Assembly: GCA_944392295.1 (NCBI GenBank)
Contig: CALXWE010000004.1
Span: forward strand, 45,819-109,818
Reading direction: 5' to 3'
DNA: 64,000 nt
Source of the DNA: an uncultured Alphaproteobacteria bacterium
Lineage (GTDB): Bacteria; Pseudomonadota; Alphaproteobacteria; RF32; CAG-239
Shown piece after piece: positions 47,120-57,774 of the stretch. Below the pieces are notes generated by a model. The model was given only the letters and a program-made list of their open reading frames with translations. It had not been told where the DNA came from and ran no database searches. How positions within the stretch are numbered: position 1 is the stretch's first letter; every line of letters begins with the position of its first letter. A program made the translations under genes and the position numbers.

Positions 47120-47878
47120 TTAATTGTCAATTGCGAAAAATGACTTGCCAAGACGTAAAATCTGCTCGGCAGCTTCGGTATACGAGCCGTCTTGGTTATG
47201 GGTATAAAACGGAGGTAAAATTATGCTCGGAGCTTTGGAATCTTTTTGTGCAATCAACATTACGCGCTTGGCATTTTGCTTTTGTTTAGAATAAATGGGA
47301 ATTACTTTTATGCCTCCGGCCTTGCCTTGCAAAGCTGTTATAAATTCGTTTATGGCTTCCGTACGGTGTATGAAATATAAGTATCCGAACGGCTTTAACA
47401 TCTTTAGGCAAAAGTTTATCCACTGCGTTAAAGTAAAATCGGTGTGATTATGTGCCGTTGCTTTGCTTTTATTGGGAGAGGGCATATCGTGATCGGAGTA
47501 TGGAGGGTTAGATATAACATGATTAAAAGAGCAGGGCTTAACCGGCAGATTCTTGGTTTTAATGTCGCAGTTGTAGTAGCTAAGATTATCAAAACCGTTG
47601 GCTTGGGCACTTAAATTGCTGAGTTCTGCCAGCTCAGGTTGAATTTCAAGCCCGATTATTTTGTTTTGGGGAAAGCGTTTGGCCAAGCAAAGGGAAATGC
47701 CGCCGGTGCCGGAGCCTACGTCTAAAATACTGTCTTCAGGTTTAATTTTATTAGGTAGCGATGACAAAAGTACGGCATCAGATGATGTGTGGTAACCGTC
47801 AACGGGTTGAAAGATTTTTATTTGTTGATTAAGAAGGTAATTGTTGCAGTATTCCATATTTATTTTCCGATAGGGCAT
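47120..47878 (-). CDS. tRNA (adenine37-N6)-methyltransferase-like (TrmN6/YfiC family, NPPY motif)
   Basis: SAM motif I is LDVGSGTGGISLCLAKRF. The catalytic motif IV is ISNPPY. The start may be the Met at 47857. Confidence 0.7.
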   Translation of the reverse strand: MPYRKINMEYCNNYLLNQQIKIFQPVDGYHTSSDAVLLSSLPNKIKPEDSILDVGSGTGGISLCLAKRFPQNKIIGLEIQPELAELSNLSAQANGFDNLSYYNCDIKTKNLPVKPCSFNHVISNPPYSDHDMPSPNKSKATAHNHTDFTLTQWINFCLKMLKPFGYLYFIHRTEAINEFITALQGKAGGIKVIPIYSKQKQNAKRVMLIAQKDSKAPSIILPPFYTHNQDGSYTEAAEQILRLGKSFFAIDN

Positions 47879-47965
47879 AAATTTATTGATAATATGCCGA
47901 AAAACTTTATCTTTGTAAAGAATTTAAATTGAAAAGACCCTTAAAACTTTTATCTCAAACTAACA

Positions 47966-47990
47966 AAAAAGCCCCGATAACTCGGGGCTT
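47966..47990 (-). terminator. Terminator for the small ORF 48008..48211
   Basis: On the minus strand it reads aagccccgag-ttat-cggggctt followed by ttttttgtt. Confidence 0.6.
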
Positions 47991-48007
47991 AACTTGTATA
48001 AAGAAGC

Positions 48008-48211
48008 TTAGCTACGCTCGCTCTTGCTTTTTGTATCTTGATTGACAGGAGTGGTAATAACTTTTAACTCTTCTTTACGAGAATCTTCAGCATTCATAAC
48101 TGCAACGCGTTCGCGCATATAATTTATGTTTGCCCGAAAGGCTCGGTTGCTAAATTCCTTTGCTTTCTTAACTGATATAACATTTACCATGACTATTCTC
48201 CTTCTAGCCAA
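48008..48211 (-). CDS. Small basic hypothetical protein
   Basis: ORF with a downstream terminator. No family recognised. Confidence 0.35.
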   Translation of the reverse strand: MARRRIVMVNVISVKKAKEFSNRAFRANINYMRERVAVMNAEDSRKEELKVITTPVNQDTKSKSERS

Positions 48212-48329
48212 TCATCCTATTATGCTTAATGTAGCATATTTTATAAAACCTGTCAAGAAAATGTGACAAAAATGTTACAAGCCTTTTTTGTCAGGTCAAA
48301 ATGCTTATTTAACAATAGGTTATATCACC

Positions 48330-50765
48330 TTAGCCATTAATGCAGCCATGGGTTTCTTGAGCATAGTGAACGTAACATTTGTAATATTCTTCCAAGTTTT
48401 TGGCTACCATGTAATTTACCGTACCCTTAGGATATTGTCCGTTTTTATCAGGAGTACCGGCTTTCTTACCGGTTAATATCTCAATGCCGTCATCTACGGT
48501 ATCAACCGCATAAATATGGAATAAACCGTTTTCTACCGCTTCGACGATTTCTTCTTTCAGCATTAAGTTGCCGATATTGGTGCGCGGAATAATTACACCT
48601 TGTGTACCGGTTAATCCGTCATATTTGCAAACCTCAAAAAATCCTTCGATTTTTTCGTTTACTCCGCCGATGGGTTGAATTTCACCAAATTGATTGATGG
48701 AACCGGTTACCGCAATGTTTTGTTTTATCGGTAATTCGGCAATGGCCGATAACAGACAGTAGTACTCGGTTGAAGATGCACTATCTCCGTCAACCCCGCC
48801 GTAAGATTGTTCAAATACTACCGAGGCAGATAGTGATAACGGTTTGCGTTTGGCAAAGCGATTGGAAAGTAAGGCTTGCAAGATTAATACACCTTTGGTG
48901 TGAATAGGTCCGCTCATCTCAATTTCGCGCTCAATATCTACAAACTCGCCGTTACCCATACGAACCTGTGCCGTAATACGAGCCGGTTTACCAAAAGAAT
49001 TGCGTGAGAAGTTATATACTACCAAGCCGTTAATCTGACCTATACGCTCACCTTTAACATCCATTAAAATGGTGCCTTTATCAATCTGTTCAAGCATGGC
49101 TTTGTTAATACGGTCGCTGCGGTAAATTTGTGCAGATATTGCTTGCATAATGTGATTCTTTCCAATTTGTTTGGAGTTAGATACACGGGCCCAGTAATCC
49201 GCCTCTCTTAATAAGTCTCCGATTGAGGAAATGTGTGCCGTCAATTTTTCCGAATCGTCAGCTAACCGCGAAGCATATTCAATTACTTTGGCGACGGCCT
49301 GCTTGTTTAATGATCTAAGATGCTTCTTTTTGGTTAATGAACCGATTAATTTGGCATACTCTATTTCATTTTCTTCGGTACGATCCATTACTACTCCGAA
49401 ATCGGCTTCAACCTTGAAATAATCCGAAAAATCAGGGTCGCGCTCGCTTAATAACTCATATAATTCTTCATCGCCGGTTAAAATTACTTTGACATCTAAT
49501 GGTATCGGCTGAGGATCAAGAGATATGGTCGTAAAGCTCGTTTCATCTCCCGGAGATTCTATCTTTACGGTTTTGGAAGCCAGGGCTCGTTTTAATGAAT
49601 CCCAAGCGTAAGGCTGCATTAAAAGTTTGCGGGCATCTATTAATAAAAATCCGCCGTTGGCCTGATGCAAAGCTCCGGCTTTAATTAATGTAAAGTCGGT
49701 TAACAAAGCACCGTATTGTTGAATGCGCTCAACTTTACCTACCAGATTTCCTTGTGTGGGGTGGTCAAGCAAAACTATCGGGGCTCCCGAGCCGGGAATG
49801 TTTTTTACTACCACATTAACTTTGAATTTGGCAAACTTGTCTTCTTCGCTTTTGTTCATGCGGCTTAATAACAGGCTTAAAGCATCGTCCTCGCCGGCAG
49901 ATACCTGATTTTCATTAGAGGGCATAAAATCATCAATGTTTTCCAAAATGTTCTTTTGAATCGATTTTAAAAAGTCGGTTGCCGGTTTGTATGGTTTGTA
50001 TTTGCGGCGCAATTCATCAACCGGTGTGCTGATAACATTTTTTGCCAATTTTTCGCGTAAGTGCTCAATCTCTTCACGTTGTCTTTCTTCCCATTGAGGT
50101 AAATCTTGTGCGGTATTTTCAATTTCAACCTGCATGGCATTTAAATCATCGGTAATCTTTTGTTTTTCTTCATCCGATAATTGTTCAAAAGCTTCCGGAC
50201 TTAATACTTCTCCGTCTTTTACGGGGGCAACTACCAGTCCTACCGGCATGTGTAATAAAGAAACACTCTTACCTTTGGCTTTTTTTTGCAAAATCTTTAC
50301 GTATTCTTCTTTTTTACTTTTGTATTTTTGACGAATAATTTCAACCGCGGCTTTGTATTCGTCACTTTCCATAATGGCTGGTAAAGATGTGCTAAGTTCG
50401 GTTATTAAGCTGTCAACGTCTTTGGCAAACTCTCCGGCGGTTCCGGCTTCAAAATTAATGGCAATCGGCTTGTGCGGTTCATCAAAATTATACACATATG
50501 CCCAATCGTTAGGAGTGGGGCGCAGCTTTGATTCTTTTTCCAAAATGCGCTTAACCAAACTCATCTTACCGGTGCCCTCGGGACCAAAGCAAAACAGGTT
50601 ATACCCTTTCGATTTAATGTTGATACCAAGTTCAACCGCGCTTATGGCTCTATCTTGACCGAGAGCGGATAGCCTTTCTTCCAAATCGGCTGTCGAGTTG
50701 AAATCAAATTTGGAGGTATCGCATTTTTTGTAAAGCTGTTCGGGAGTTAATTTTGTAATTGCCAT
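48330..50765 (-). CDS. Lon-like ATP-dependent protease (COG1067 type: AAA+ module plus C-terminal Lon S16 protease domain)
   Basis: Walker A GPEGTGKMSL. The C-terminal Lon protease domain has a Ser in GVDGDSASSTE and a Lys in KIEGFF. It is not canonical LonA, as it has no LonA N-domain. Confidence 0.75.
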   Translation of the reverse strand: MAITKLTPEQLYKKCDTSKFDFNSTADLEERLSALGQDRAISAVELGINIKSKGYNLFCFGPEGTGKMSLVKRILEKESKLRPTPNDWAYVYNFDEPHKPIAINFEAGTAGEFAKDVDSLITELSTSLPAIMESDEYKAAVEIIRQKYKSKKEEYVKILQKKAKGKSVSLLHMPVGLVVAPVKDGEVLSPEAFEQLSDEEKQKITDDLNAMQVEIENTAQDLPQWEERQREEIEHLREKLAKNVISTPVDELRRKYKPYKPATDFLKSIQKNILENIDDFMPSNENQVSAGEDDALSLLLSRMNKSEEDKFAKFKVNVVVKNIPGSGAPIVLLDHPTQGNLVGKVERIQQYGALLTDFTLIKAGALHQANGGFLLIDARKLLMQPYAWDSLKRALASKTVKIESPGDETSFTTISLDPQPIPLDVKVILTGDEELYELLSERDPDFSDYFKVEADFGVVMDRTEENEIEYAKLIGSLTKKKHLRSLNKQAVAKVIEYASRLADDSEKLTAHISSIGDLLREADYWARVSNSKQIGKNHIMQAISAQIYRSDRINKAMLEQIDKGTILMDVKGERIGQINGLVVYNFSRNSFGKPARITAQVRMGNGEFVDIEREIEMSGPIHTKGVLILQALLSNRFAKRKPLSLSASVVFEQSYGGVDGDSASSTEYYCLLSAIAELPIKQNIAVTGSINQFGEIQPIGGVNEKIEGFFEVCKYDGLTGTQGVIIPRTNIGNLMLKEEIVEAVENGLFHIYAVDTVDDGIEILTGKKAGTPDKNGQYPKGTVNYMVAKNLEEYYKCYVHYAQETHGCING

Positions 50766-50846
50766 TTTTTTAAAATTCCTTTATTACTTTCGATTGTGTT
50801 TACTAGTACTTATAGTCAATAAAAGCTAATTTAGTGTAAATGTTTT

Positions 50847-52325
50847 ATGAAATATTTTAATTTTGAACTTTTGGTATTTGTTTGCGTGGCGGCTTCTTGC
50901 TTTTGGACTTGGCGTTGCTTTGTGCTTAAAAAACACTTCTTGCTGATGATGCTTGAAAAAATTGTTTTAAAAAAACAGGCCGAAAATGAAAATTTAACTT
51001 TTTTTTCAGGACGTATTTTGCAACAACTCTCTTCCGTGCTGGCTAGGCAGAAAAAAATAAAACGTCAGCAAATTTTGACCGAATTACAAAAAGGAGAATA
51101 TCAACCTTTCTTGCAAATTTTATCTGATGATGTTGATAAAATAGGGTGTTTGGCCCATTTTGACATAAAAAAAGCTTTAGAATCGGCTGAGCGAAAAATT
51201 AAAGAAAATCCACAAAACGTTAATTTGCTGATTTTACTTGGATTTTTGTATGTTAATAATTTTGATTACGATAAAGCTCAAATAGTTGTTGATGATTTAC
51301 AAACTAAAAAACTTAATAAATGGCAAAAAGCTTATTTTTTGATGATGCGTGCCAAGTTGGAGTTTTATTTGGGAGATATGCACGAGGCTTGTGCCGATGT
51401 TTTGAATGCGCTACGCTTTTTTAAAAAACAAAGACTTGGTTTTGAAGAGGCCGGAGCCTATGGCTTGCTTGGTGAAATATACAGAGCCTGCGCCGTGTAT
51501 GATTTATCGCAAATGATGTTCGAGGTAGCTCAAAATTTATTTGATAAAATGAATCTTTCTGCCGAAAAGGCTAAGATATCGGCCCTGCTGGGTATGTTGT
51601 TGGCAGGGCAAAAAAGATTTAAAGAGGCGGCTGCTCACCTAAAGGAAAGCCGTAATATATTTAAAAAACTTAAATTTCACAAAGCTGAGGCTGAAGTTGT
51701 AAATCAGCAAGCCTTAAATTATTTGCTGACCGGAAAAAATGCTTTGGCTATGCGCTATGCACAAAAAGCCCTTGATATGCACATCAAATGTGAAAATATA
51801 GGAGGAGTTGCACAAAGTTTTGATTTAATGGCAATGTGCGCCTCGGAAAAGAAAAGTTTTAAGCAAGCTTTGCAGTTGGCAGAATCGGCAGCAGAAAATT
51901 ATCTGCAAGTTCGCAATTATTCCGCTTATGCCGAGAGCTTGTTTTTAAAAGCTACGCTGTTTTTTAAAAGTAATAATACCAAATCGGCCGAAAAAATATG
52001 CCGAGAATTGTTAAAGTTGTGTTCCGAACATAAAACGTGTTTTCATATTGCAAATATATATGCCATGTTAGGCAATATCTGTTTGCAGAAAAATAATTTA
52101 CATAAAGCCAAATCTTGGTTTCAACAATCATTGGCAAGAGAACAATCAGATGAACGCTATGCCGGTGCCGCTCTTGATTATTTTAATTTAGCACTTGTGG
52201 AACGTAAATTGTGTAATATGTCGGAGATGAAAAACAATATGGAAAAGGCTCTTGAAGCAGCAAAACAGAGCAATGACGAAAACTTGTGTGCAATTATCAG
52301 CAAACAAATTGCAAAAATAAGTTAA
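50847..52325 (+). CDS. TPR-like repeat protein, hypothetical
   Basis: Multiple 34-aa helical repeats with the W-LG-Y...A......A pattern. Confidence 0.5.
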   Translation: MKYFNFELLVFVCVAASCFWTWRCFVLKKHFLLMMLEKIVLKKQAENENLTFFSGRILQQLSSVLARQKKIKRQQILTELQKGEYQPFLQILSDDVDKIGCLAHFDIKKALESAERKIKENPQNVNLLILLGFLYVNNFDYDKAQIVVDDLQTKKLNKWQKAYFLMMRAKLEFYLGDMHEACADVLNALRFFKKQRLGFEEAGAYGLLGEIYRACAVYDLSQMMFEVAQNLFDKMNLSAEKAKISALLGMLLAGQKRFKEAAAHLKESRNIFKKLKFHKAEAEVVNQQALNYLLTGKNALAMRYAQKALDMHIKCENIGGVAQSFDLMAMCASEKKSFKQALQLAESAAENYLQVRNYSAYAESLFLKATLFFKSNNTKSAEKICRELLKLCSEHKTCFHIANIYAMLGNICLQKNNLHKAKSWFQQSLAREQSDERYAGAALDYFNLALVERKLCNMSEMKNNMEKALEAAKQSNDENLCAIISKQIAKIS

Positions 52326-52412
52326 AATATTTATATTCGGTAATATATTTTTAATTTATTTGGAGTACAACGAAAAAAGTTATTCGTAGAAAATGACAGG
52401 AAAGGACTAAGT

Positions 52413-53831
52413 TTGATACTGTTGCAAGATATAGCATTGTTCTTACTGACTAACCGTCTAAGCATTGCCGTTACTCAAAATTTAAGCGGTATGGCAGGTT
52501 TTTTTCAACGCCATTTTTCGGGTACCGATAATTTAAGAGTTGTTTCCATTATCTTGTTGTTGTTAGCTTTTATCTTATTCTTATTCCTGATTGTTATCTT
52601 ATATATAAAATCTTTGCTGTCCTTTATTAAAAATGATGTTGCTCCCGGAGTTAAGGCGACGGGTTTTGGTGCATCTGCCGGCGGAAGAGAAAATGAGCAA
52701 GAAGAACAAATTATCGTAAAACAAAACGATACTTCACAGCAGCAAAAATTGGCCTACCAACAACAATTAAATAAAATGGAAGCAGAGCGTAAAGCTAGGG
52801 AACAGGCAGAAAAAGAACTTGCCGAACGCAGCAAAAAAGAAGCTAAAGAAAAAGCAATGCAAAATTCGGGAATGTCAGGTGTGCAGAGTTCAATGCCGTT
52901 TGCTTCGCAATCGGGCGGTAGGGGCAAGGCTTCGGCCAGCGAGTTTGATTGGCGTAAAGGCAGACAAGGTGAGCTAGACGAGATGGCTGCCGGTATTAGA
53001 CCGTTTAAGTATACACCTTCACATAAGCCTCTTGATGAAACGGTCGGTCTGATTGTTAATATGTTGGGTCGTGATATAGATGAAGGTAAAATAGCTCAGG
53101 TAGTAAAAGCTAAATGCGGCGATTTGGCCGGTGAAGATGATGTTATTCAAGTTATAGATTCTATTAAAAACTTTATATCTTTAAGTAATAACGGTAAATT
53201 TGATAATCTGCCAGATGCTCAAGATTTACCGGGTGCCGATGAAGCTTTGTATAATTTGACCAAAGGTGATCCTTCATATTGCTTGGCTTTGATGGAATCA
53301 TTGATGAATACCAATATTGATAAATGTCATCAGCTTAAAAATTCACCCAAAAGAGATATCGCATTTTTGGAAACCTCTAATTACGCATGTACGTTCGGAA
53401 CTTTGGCAAGTCTGCAAGATGTGCAACTGGCAACGGGCGCCTTTGAGTTGGCTATTGAACTTTCTCCCAAAAATGTTAACGCGTGGGGCAGAGCCGGTGA
53501 TATGTATGTTAAGGCCGATTCTGACAGCAAGGCTATTTGGGCTTACCAAAATGTTTTAAATATGGGCGATGAAGATATTTATCCGCATCAGGTAGCTAAT
53601 GCCAATAAGCATTTATCGCAATATTATTACGACCAAGGCGATACCAAAAAGGCAGCTAATCTTTATAATAAGAGTAACGACTACTATGCAACAATCGGTA
53701 TTAATCAAGATTTAACTGGCCGCGAAGAAGAAATCATTAATATTATAGAATCAAAACAAGAAGAAGATATGCCTGCAACCATCAGTAAGTTGCTAAATAT
53801 GAATATGAACCGCCGCAGCGGATATATGTAA
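52413..53831 (+). CDS. Membrane-anchored coiled-coil/TPR-like hypothetical protein
   Basis: N-terminal TM (VVSIILLLLAFILFLFLIVILYI), a K/E/Q-rich coiled coil and a C-terminal helical-repeat region. The start is uncertain. Confidence 0.45.
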   Translation: MILLQDIALFLLTNRLSIAVTQNLSGMAGFFQRHFSGTDNLRVVSIILLLLAFILFLFLIVILYIKSLLSFIKNDVAPGVKATGFGASAGGRENEQEEQIIVKQNDTSQQQKLAYQQQLNKMEAERKAREQAEKELAERSKKEAKEKAMQNSGMSGVQSSMPFASQSGGRGKASASEFDWRKGRQGELDEMAAGIRPFKYTPSHKPLDETVGLIVNMLGRDIDEGKIAQVVKAKCGDLAGEDDVIQVIDSIKNFISLSNNGKFDNLPDAQDLPGADEALYNLTKGDPSYCLALMESLMNTNIDKCHQLKNSPKRDIAFLETSNYACTFGTLASLQDVQLATGAFELAIELSPKNVNAWGRAGDMYVKADSDSKAIWAYQNVLNMGDEDIYPHQVANANKHLSQYYYDQGDTKKAANLYNKSNDYYATIGINQDLTGREEEIINIIESKQEEDMPATISKLLNMNMNRRSGYM

Positions 53832-53856
53832 CCATTGTTTGTTTTGGGGTAATTAA

Positions 53857-54558
53857 ATGCTAAAACAGGCAGTTTTGTTTGATGAATTAGAAAAGTTACC
53901 CCCGCTTAAAGAAAATTGGGTAAGATTAGTGCATCGCCTAATAATAGGCGATGGTAAGGGCATTGATGATATTAAGCAAAATGGTTTAATCTTTAACAGA
54001 CAAGCCGCTGAAGTTTCGGTTTTGCAAAGGGGTGGAAATTACCAAAATTTAAGCTCCATGGTTTCGGTTTATAATGAAAATTTATTCTGGAAAAGTATGG
54101 AAAAGGACGATTTTGCCAATTTTGATAATGCCCGTTATGCCGATGCTAAATTGATTTTTGATGTACCTTTGGAAGAGTTTGCGTTTTTACAGGCTTACGG
54201 TAAATATGTAAAAGGCAAGGTTGATGCCAAATATTTGGTGGGGTGCGTTAAAAATGTTAATGCAAGCAATCCGACTTTAACGTTAAGCGAAAAAGAAGTA
54301 AGAAGAGCAAAAGAAAAATCGGTAAGCAGGCCTAATAAGAAGGTAGCGGAAAATAATGTAAAGTTATTGATAAACAGTTTACTAAATAAAGTAAAAATGG
54401 GCGATAAAGAGTACCTAAAAGAAGTAATAAACCAAAAGATAGCGGATGTAAAATCAGAAGTTGTTGAAGCTTTTAGGGAAAGGGAAGAAGCTCTTAGAGT
54501 TAATTTAAGCAGTAAAGTTAGTAATTCCGTTTTTAACGACCGCAATTTATCAAGATAA
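53857..54558 (+). CDS. Hypothetical protein
   Basis: ORF only. Confidence 0.4.
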   Translation: MLKQAVLFDELEKLPPLKENWVRLVHRLIIGDGKGIDDIKQNGLIFNRQAAEVSVLQRGGNYQNLSSMVSVYNENLFWKSMEKDDFANFDNARYADAKLIFDVPLEEFAFLQAYGKYVKGKVDAKYLVGCVKNVNASNPTLTLSEKEVRRAKEKSVSRPNKKVAENNVKLLINSLLNKVKMGDKEYLKEVINQKIADVKSEVVEAFREREEALRVNLSSKVSNSVFNDRNLSR

Positions 54559-54559
54559 A

Positions 54560-54592
54560 CAAAAAAGCCCCAGGTATGGGGCTTTCAGGAGC
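54560..54592. terminator. Bidirectional hairpin terminator (serves tRNA-Val on the minus strand)
   Basis: aagcccc-aggtat-ggggctt. The minus-strand reading is followed by ttttttgttt. Confidence 0.6.
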
Positions 54593-54600
54593 TATATTTA

Positions 54601-54677
<77 letters not shown>

Positions 54678-54800
54678 GAACGCTATCCTAACTATCATAG
54701 CATTTTTACTTTGGCAAGTGCTTTTTTTTCTTTGTTTATTTTTTTATAAAAAGTTAAGACTTTTTTGTTACTATCTAACCCTCAATGAAAGGGGTTTGCT

Positions 54801-55682
54801 TTGTCTGATACTCACTGCGATTTTTCCGTTAATTATAAAAATGTAACCGTATTTAATGAACAGGGAACCGATGACCCTAAATATCCGTTGCTTGTTTGTG
54901 TCCCTCATGCCGGTACTTATCTTCCTGATGAATTCTTAAAAGCTTCGCTCTTAGATAAGAAGCAGCTGCTTTCTAATGCCGATTTATTTGTCGATGAATT
55001 GGCTATGCCTCTGGTTAATATTGGTATTCCAGTGATTTCAATGCAAATTGCCCGCTCGTTTATTGATGTTAATCGTGATAAAATTGAACTTGATGCCAAA
55101 ATGTTTTACGACTATCCGGCCGATAAAATTGCCGTAGAAAATAATCGCTGCCGTTTTGGCTTGGGACTTATTCATAGAATCGATGCTGAAAATAACCCTA
55201 TTTATGGGGGGCTTATTTCTTATAGTGAAGTGCAACAGCGTATTAAAAATGTCTACGATGTTTATCATAAACGCTTGCAATACCTTATTAATAAATGTCT
55301 TAAAAAGTTTGGTATCTGCTTGCTACTTGATTATCATTCCATGCCTTCCAAAATTTGCAGCATTATTCCCGATAGCCCCAAAATAGATTTTTGTTTGGGT
55401 GATTTATTTTCTCAAAGCTGTCCTACGCAATATACTGCCTGTCTGCAGGAAAATTTGAAAAATAAGGGCTATATGGCAACCGTGAATGTACCATATTCCG
55501 GCGCCTTTACAACCTTTAATTATTGCCAGCCGCGGCGTAAAATCTATACGTTGCAATTAGAGGTTAACAGGGGCATTTATGCTGATGAAAAATCTTTTGA
55601 AAAAAATAATAATTTTCAAAAGGTTAGTCTGGATGTTGCCGAGTCTGTTCATGAGCTGGCAAAAAAAATGCTGGATTTTTAA
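54801..55682 (+). CDS. N-formylglutamate amidohydrolase family protein
   Basis: The LLVCVPHAGTYLP and IDVNRD motifs are characteristic of the FGase family. Confidence 0.7.
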   Translation: MSDTHCDFSVNYKNVTVFNEQGTDDPKYPLLVCVPHAGTYLPDEFLKASLLDKKQLLSNADLFVDELAMPLVNIGIPVISMQIARSFIDVNRDKIELDAKMFYDYPADKIAVENNRCRFGLGLIHRIDAENNPIYGGLISYSEVQQRIKNVYDVYHKRLQYLINKCLKKFGICLLLDYHSMPSKICSIIPDSPKIDFCLGDLFSQSCPTQYTACLQENLKNKGYMATVNVPYSGAFTTFNYCQPRRKIYTLQLEVNRGIYADEKSFEKNNNFQKVSLDVAESVHELAKKMLDF

Positions 55683-55873
55683 AAAAATATATGTTATCTA
55701 ACTACGAAATTTAATTTTCTGTTAATCTTTTGTTAGCGGAAAATTAAGCTTTTGTTTAACGCCTTTTTTAAGACTGCCGCTTTTGCTTTTATGCTTGCGG
55801 TTTGTAAGGTGGAAATCGGATAACGAGGGAAATCTTTTGCTTAAAATCGGCAAATATAGGATATTTTTTAATC

Positions 55874-56485
55874 GTGCTAAGAAAAATACTTTTTTTATTG
55901 GTTATTTCTTTAGTCATTGTTCACCCGCTTAAAGCTCAGAAAGAATACGAAGTAAATGCATCAAGACCCTTGCAGGCTGATGCTTCGGAGGTTTGTTCAC
56001 TGGCTGCGGCGCGTATGGAAGAAAAATACGCTATTAAAGATCATTTGTTGCAAACTATCTCAAGTGTTGAGACTGGTTTGTGGAATTATGAAAAAGAGCA
56101 GTTCGTTTCTTGGCCGTGGACTATTAATGTTAACGGACGTGGTTATCGTTTTGATACTAAGGAAGAGGCTATTGCTAAAGTTGAAGAACTGCAGGCTAAA
56201 GGAATAAAAAGCATAGATGTAGGGTGTATGCAAATAAGCCTTAAATATCATAAAAATGCGTTTGCTAACCTTGATGATGCTTTTGACCCTGATAAAAACG
56301 TCGAATACAGCGCTAAGTTTTTAACTAAACTTTATAAAAATCGCGGTAGTTGGCAGAAAGCTGCTATGGCTTATCATTCCAAAGTTCCTTCTCGCGGTTT
56401 GCGTTATAAAAATAAATTAGTATCTCGTTTTGAGCAAATAAATGTGGCTTTGGCCGATAATGCTCAGGATGTTTCCTTATTCTAA
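55874..56485 (+). CDS. Lytic transglycosylase (SLT domain) protein, secreted
   Basis: Signal peptide. TISSVETG carries the catalytic Glu-Ser-type motif. GCMQI matches the SLT GLMQ motif. Confidence 0.55.
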   Translation: MLRKILFLLVISLVIVHPLKAQKEYEVNASRPLQADASEVCSLAAARMEEKYAIKDHLLQTISSVETGLWNYEKEQFVSWPWTINVNGRGYRFDTKEEAIAKVEELQAKGIKSIDVGCMQISLKYHKNAFANLDDAFDPDKNVEYSAKFLTKLYKNRGSWQKAAMAYHSKVPSRGLRYKNKLVSRFEQINVALADNAQDVSLF

Positions 56486-56500
56486 AGGATTTTTTAAGTC

Positions 56501-57226
56501 ATGGATAAATTTGTTAAACAGTATAATATTCGCACTTATGAATGCGATAAAAATTCTAACTTACGCATTTTGACTTTGATGAATATTTTACAGGATATGG
56601 CAGATTCCCATGCTACCGATTTACATTTGGGGTTAGAGTTCTGCTTAAGCCAGGGGTTGGCTTGGGTAGGCTCTAATTACCATATTAAAATAAACCGCTT
56701 GCCGACTTTACATGAAACCATTAAGGTTACTACTTGGCCTGCGGCTGAGAAAAAAATCGGGGCTATCCGTGATTTTGTTGTTGAAGATGAAGAGGGCAAT
56801 CAGATTATTGTTGCCTCAAGTCAGTGGATTTTAATTGATTTTAATAAGAAAAAGCCGGTTTCTTTGCGTGAGCATTTGCCTTTTTATCAAATTATTGATG
56901 AACGGGTATTGGAAACCGATTTTGTAAGATTGCCCGAACTTGAAAGAGTTGATTGCTCAAGGCAGTTTAAAGTGCGTTTTGATGATATAGATATCAATAA
57001 ACACGTTAACAATGCGGTTTATCCTCTGTGGGCAACAGAGGCTGTGGATTATGATTTTAGAGATGCTCATATTCCTGCGGAAATTGAAATTGCTTTCAAA
57101 AAAGAATGTCATTTGCAAGAAACCGTTGAGGTTAAAACGCAAATGACGGATATGACATCAATAACTTCAATTACTTCCTTAACCGATGGTCGTGAACTTG
57201 CTAAACTACGTATTCACTGGAAATAA
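56501..57226 (+). CDS. Acyl-ACP thioesterase
   Basis: Two hotdog halves. The YNIRTYECD N-terminus and the NKHVNN motif are typical of Acyl-ACP_TE. Confidence 0.7.
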   Translation: MDKFVKQYNIRTYECDKNSNLRILTLMNILQDMADSHATDLHLGLEFCLSQGLAWVGSNYHIKINRLPTLHETIKVTTWPAAEKKIGAIRDFVVEDEEGNQIIVASSQWILIDFNKKKPVSLREHLPFYQIIDERVLETDFVRLPELERVDCSRQFKVRFDDIDINKHVNNAVYPLWATEAVDYDFRDAHIPAEIEIAFKKECHLQETVEVKTQMTDMTSITSITSLTDGRELAKLRIHWK

Positions 57227-57246
57227 GTTTAACCCGATAAATTGTT

Positions 57247-57276
57247 AAAAAAGCCTGCTTAATGCAGGCTTTTTTG
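57247..57276. terminator. Bidirectional terminator
   Basis: aaaaagcctgc-ttaat-gcaggcttttt. Confidence 0.7.
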
Positions 57277-57291
57277 TGCATTATAACGCTT

Positions 57292-57750
57292 TTAATTTTC
57301 CAGATAATTGTTGATTTGCTCGGTTAGGTAGTTGGTAAAATCTTGTCCGGTCGAGAGCATATTCTGCGGGTTGGGAATCTTGGCATAGCCTTGGGTTTGT
57401 CCGTTTTCATTTTTTACCAAAACAATGGCGATTTGTTCGGTTAACTTATAAGCCGTTGCGTAATCATATTCATTATCTTGTTGATAATTTAAGACGTAAA
57501 AATCGTACACGCCGTTATAATATTGATTAAAAATTTGTTGAGTAAGCTCCATAGTTTGCGGACATTGATAACAATCATTATCGTTATTGTAAAATAAATA
57601 AATGACGGAGCGATTGTTTTGCGGATTTTCGGCAGCAAAATACTCTTCTATCGGCTGGTTTAGCGGATAGTTACCTTCAAAGGTGAGTTGGGCGTGAGCA
57701 ACATTCAAGCCGGTAATCAAAATTACGGCGCTTAAAATCAGGCTTTTCAT
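57292..57750 (-). CDS. Secreted hypothetical protein with CxxC motif (possible thioredoxin-like)
   Basis: Signal peptide MKSLILSAVILITGLNVAHA. Contains CYQC. Otherwise N/Q/Y-rich. Confidence 0.35.
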   Translation of the reverse strand: MKSLILSAVILITGLNVAHAQLTFEGNYPLNQPIEEYFAAENPQNNRSVIYLFYNNDNDCYQCPQTMELTQQIFNQYYNGVYDFYVLNYQQDNEYDYATAYKLTEQIAIVLVKNENGQTQGYAKIPNPQNMLSTGQDFTNYLTEQINNYLEN

Positions 57751-57774
57751 ATTAACCTCGTGTGTTTTATCGGT

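Noticed and set aside
48008-48211. Ribosomal protein S21 or ribosome modulation factor assignment for the small basic ORF
   Set aside because: The sequence does not match the conserved S21 (ALRRFKR…FYEKP) or RMF motifs. It is left as hypothetical.
48330-50765. Lon-like protease as a BREX BrxL or phage-defence component
   Set aside because: No neighbouring defence genes (methyltransferase, PglZ, BrxC). The architecture fits the common stand-alone COG1067 Lon-like protease instead.
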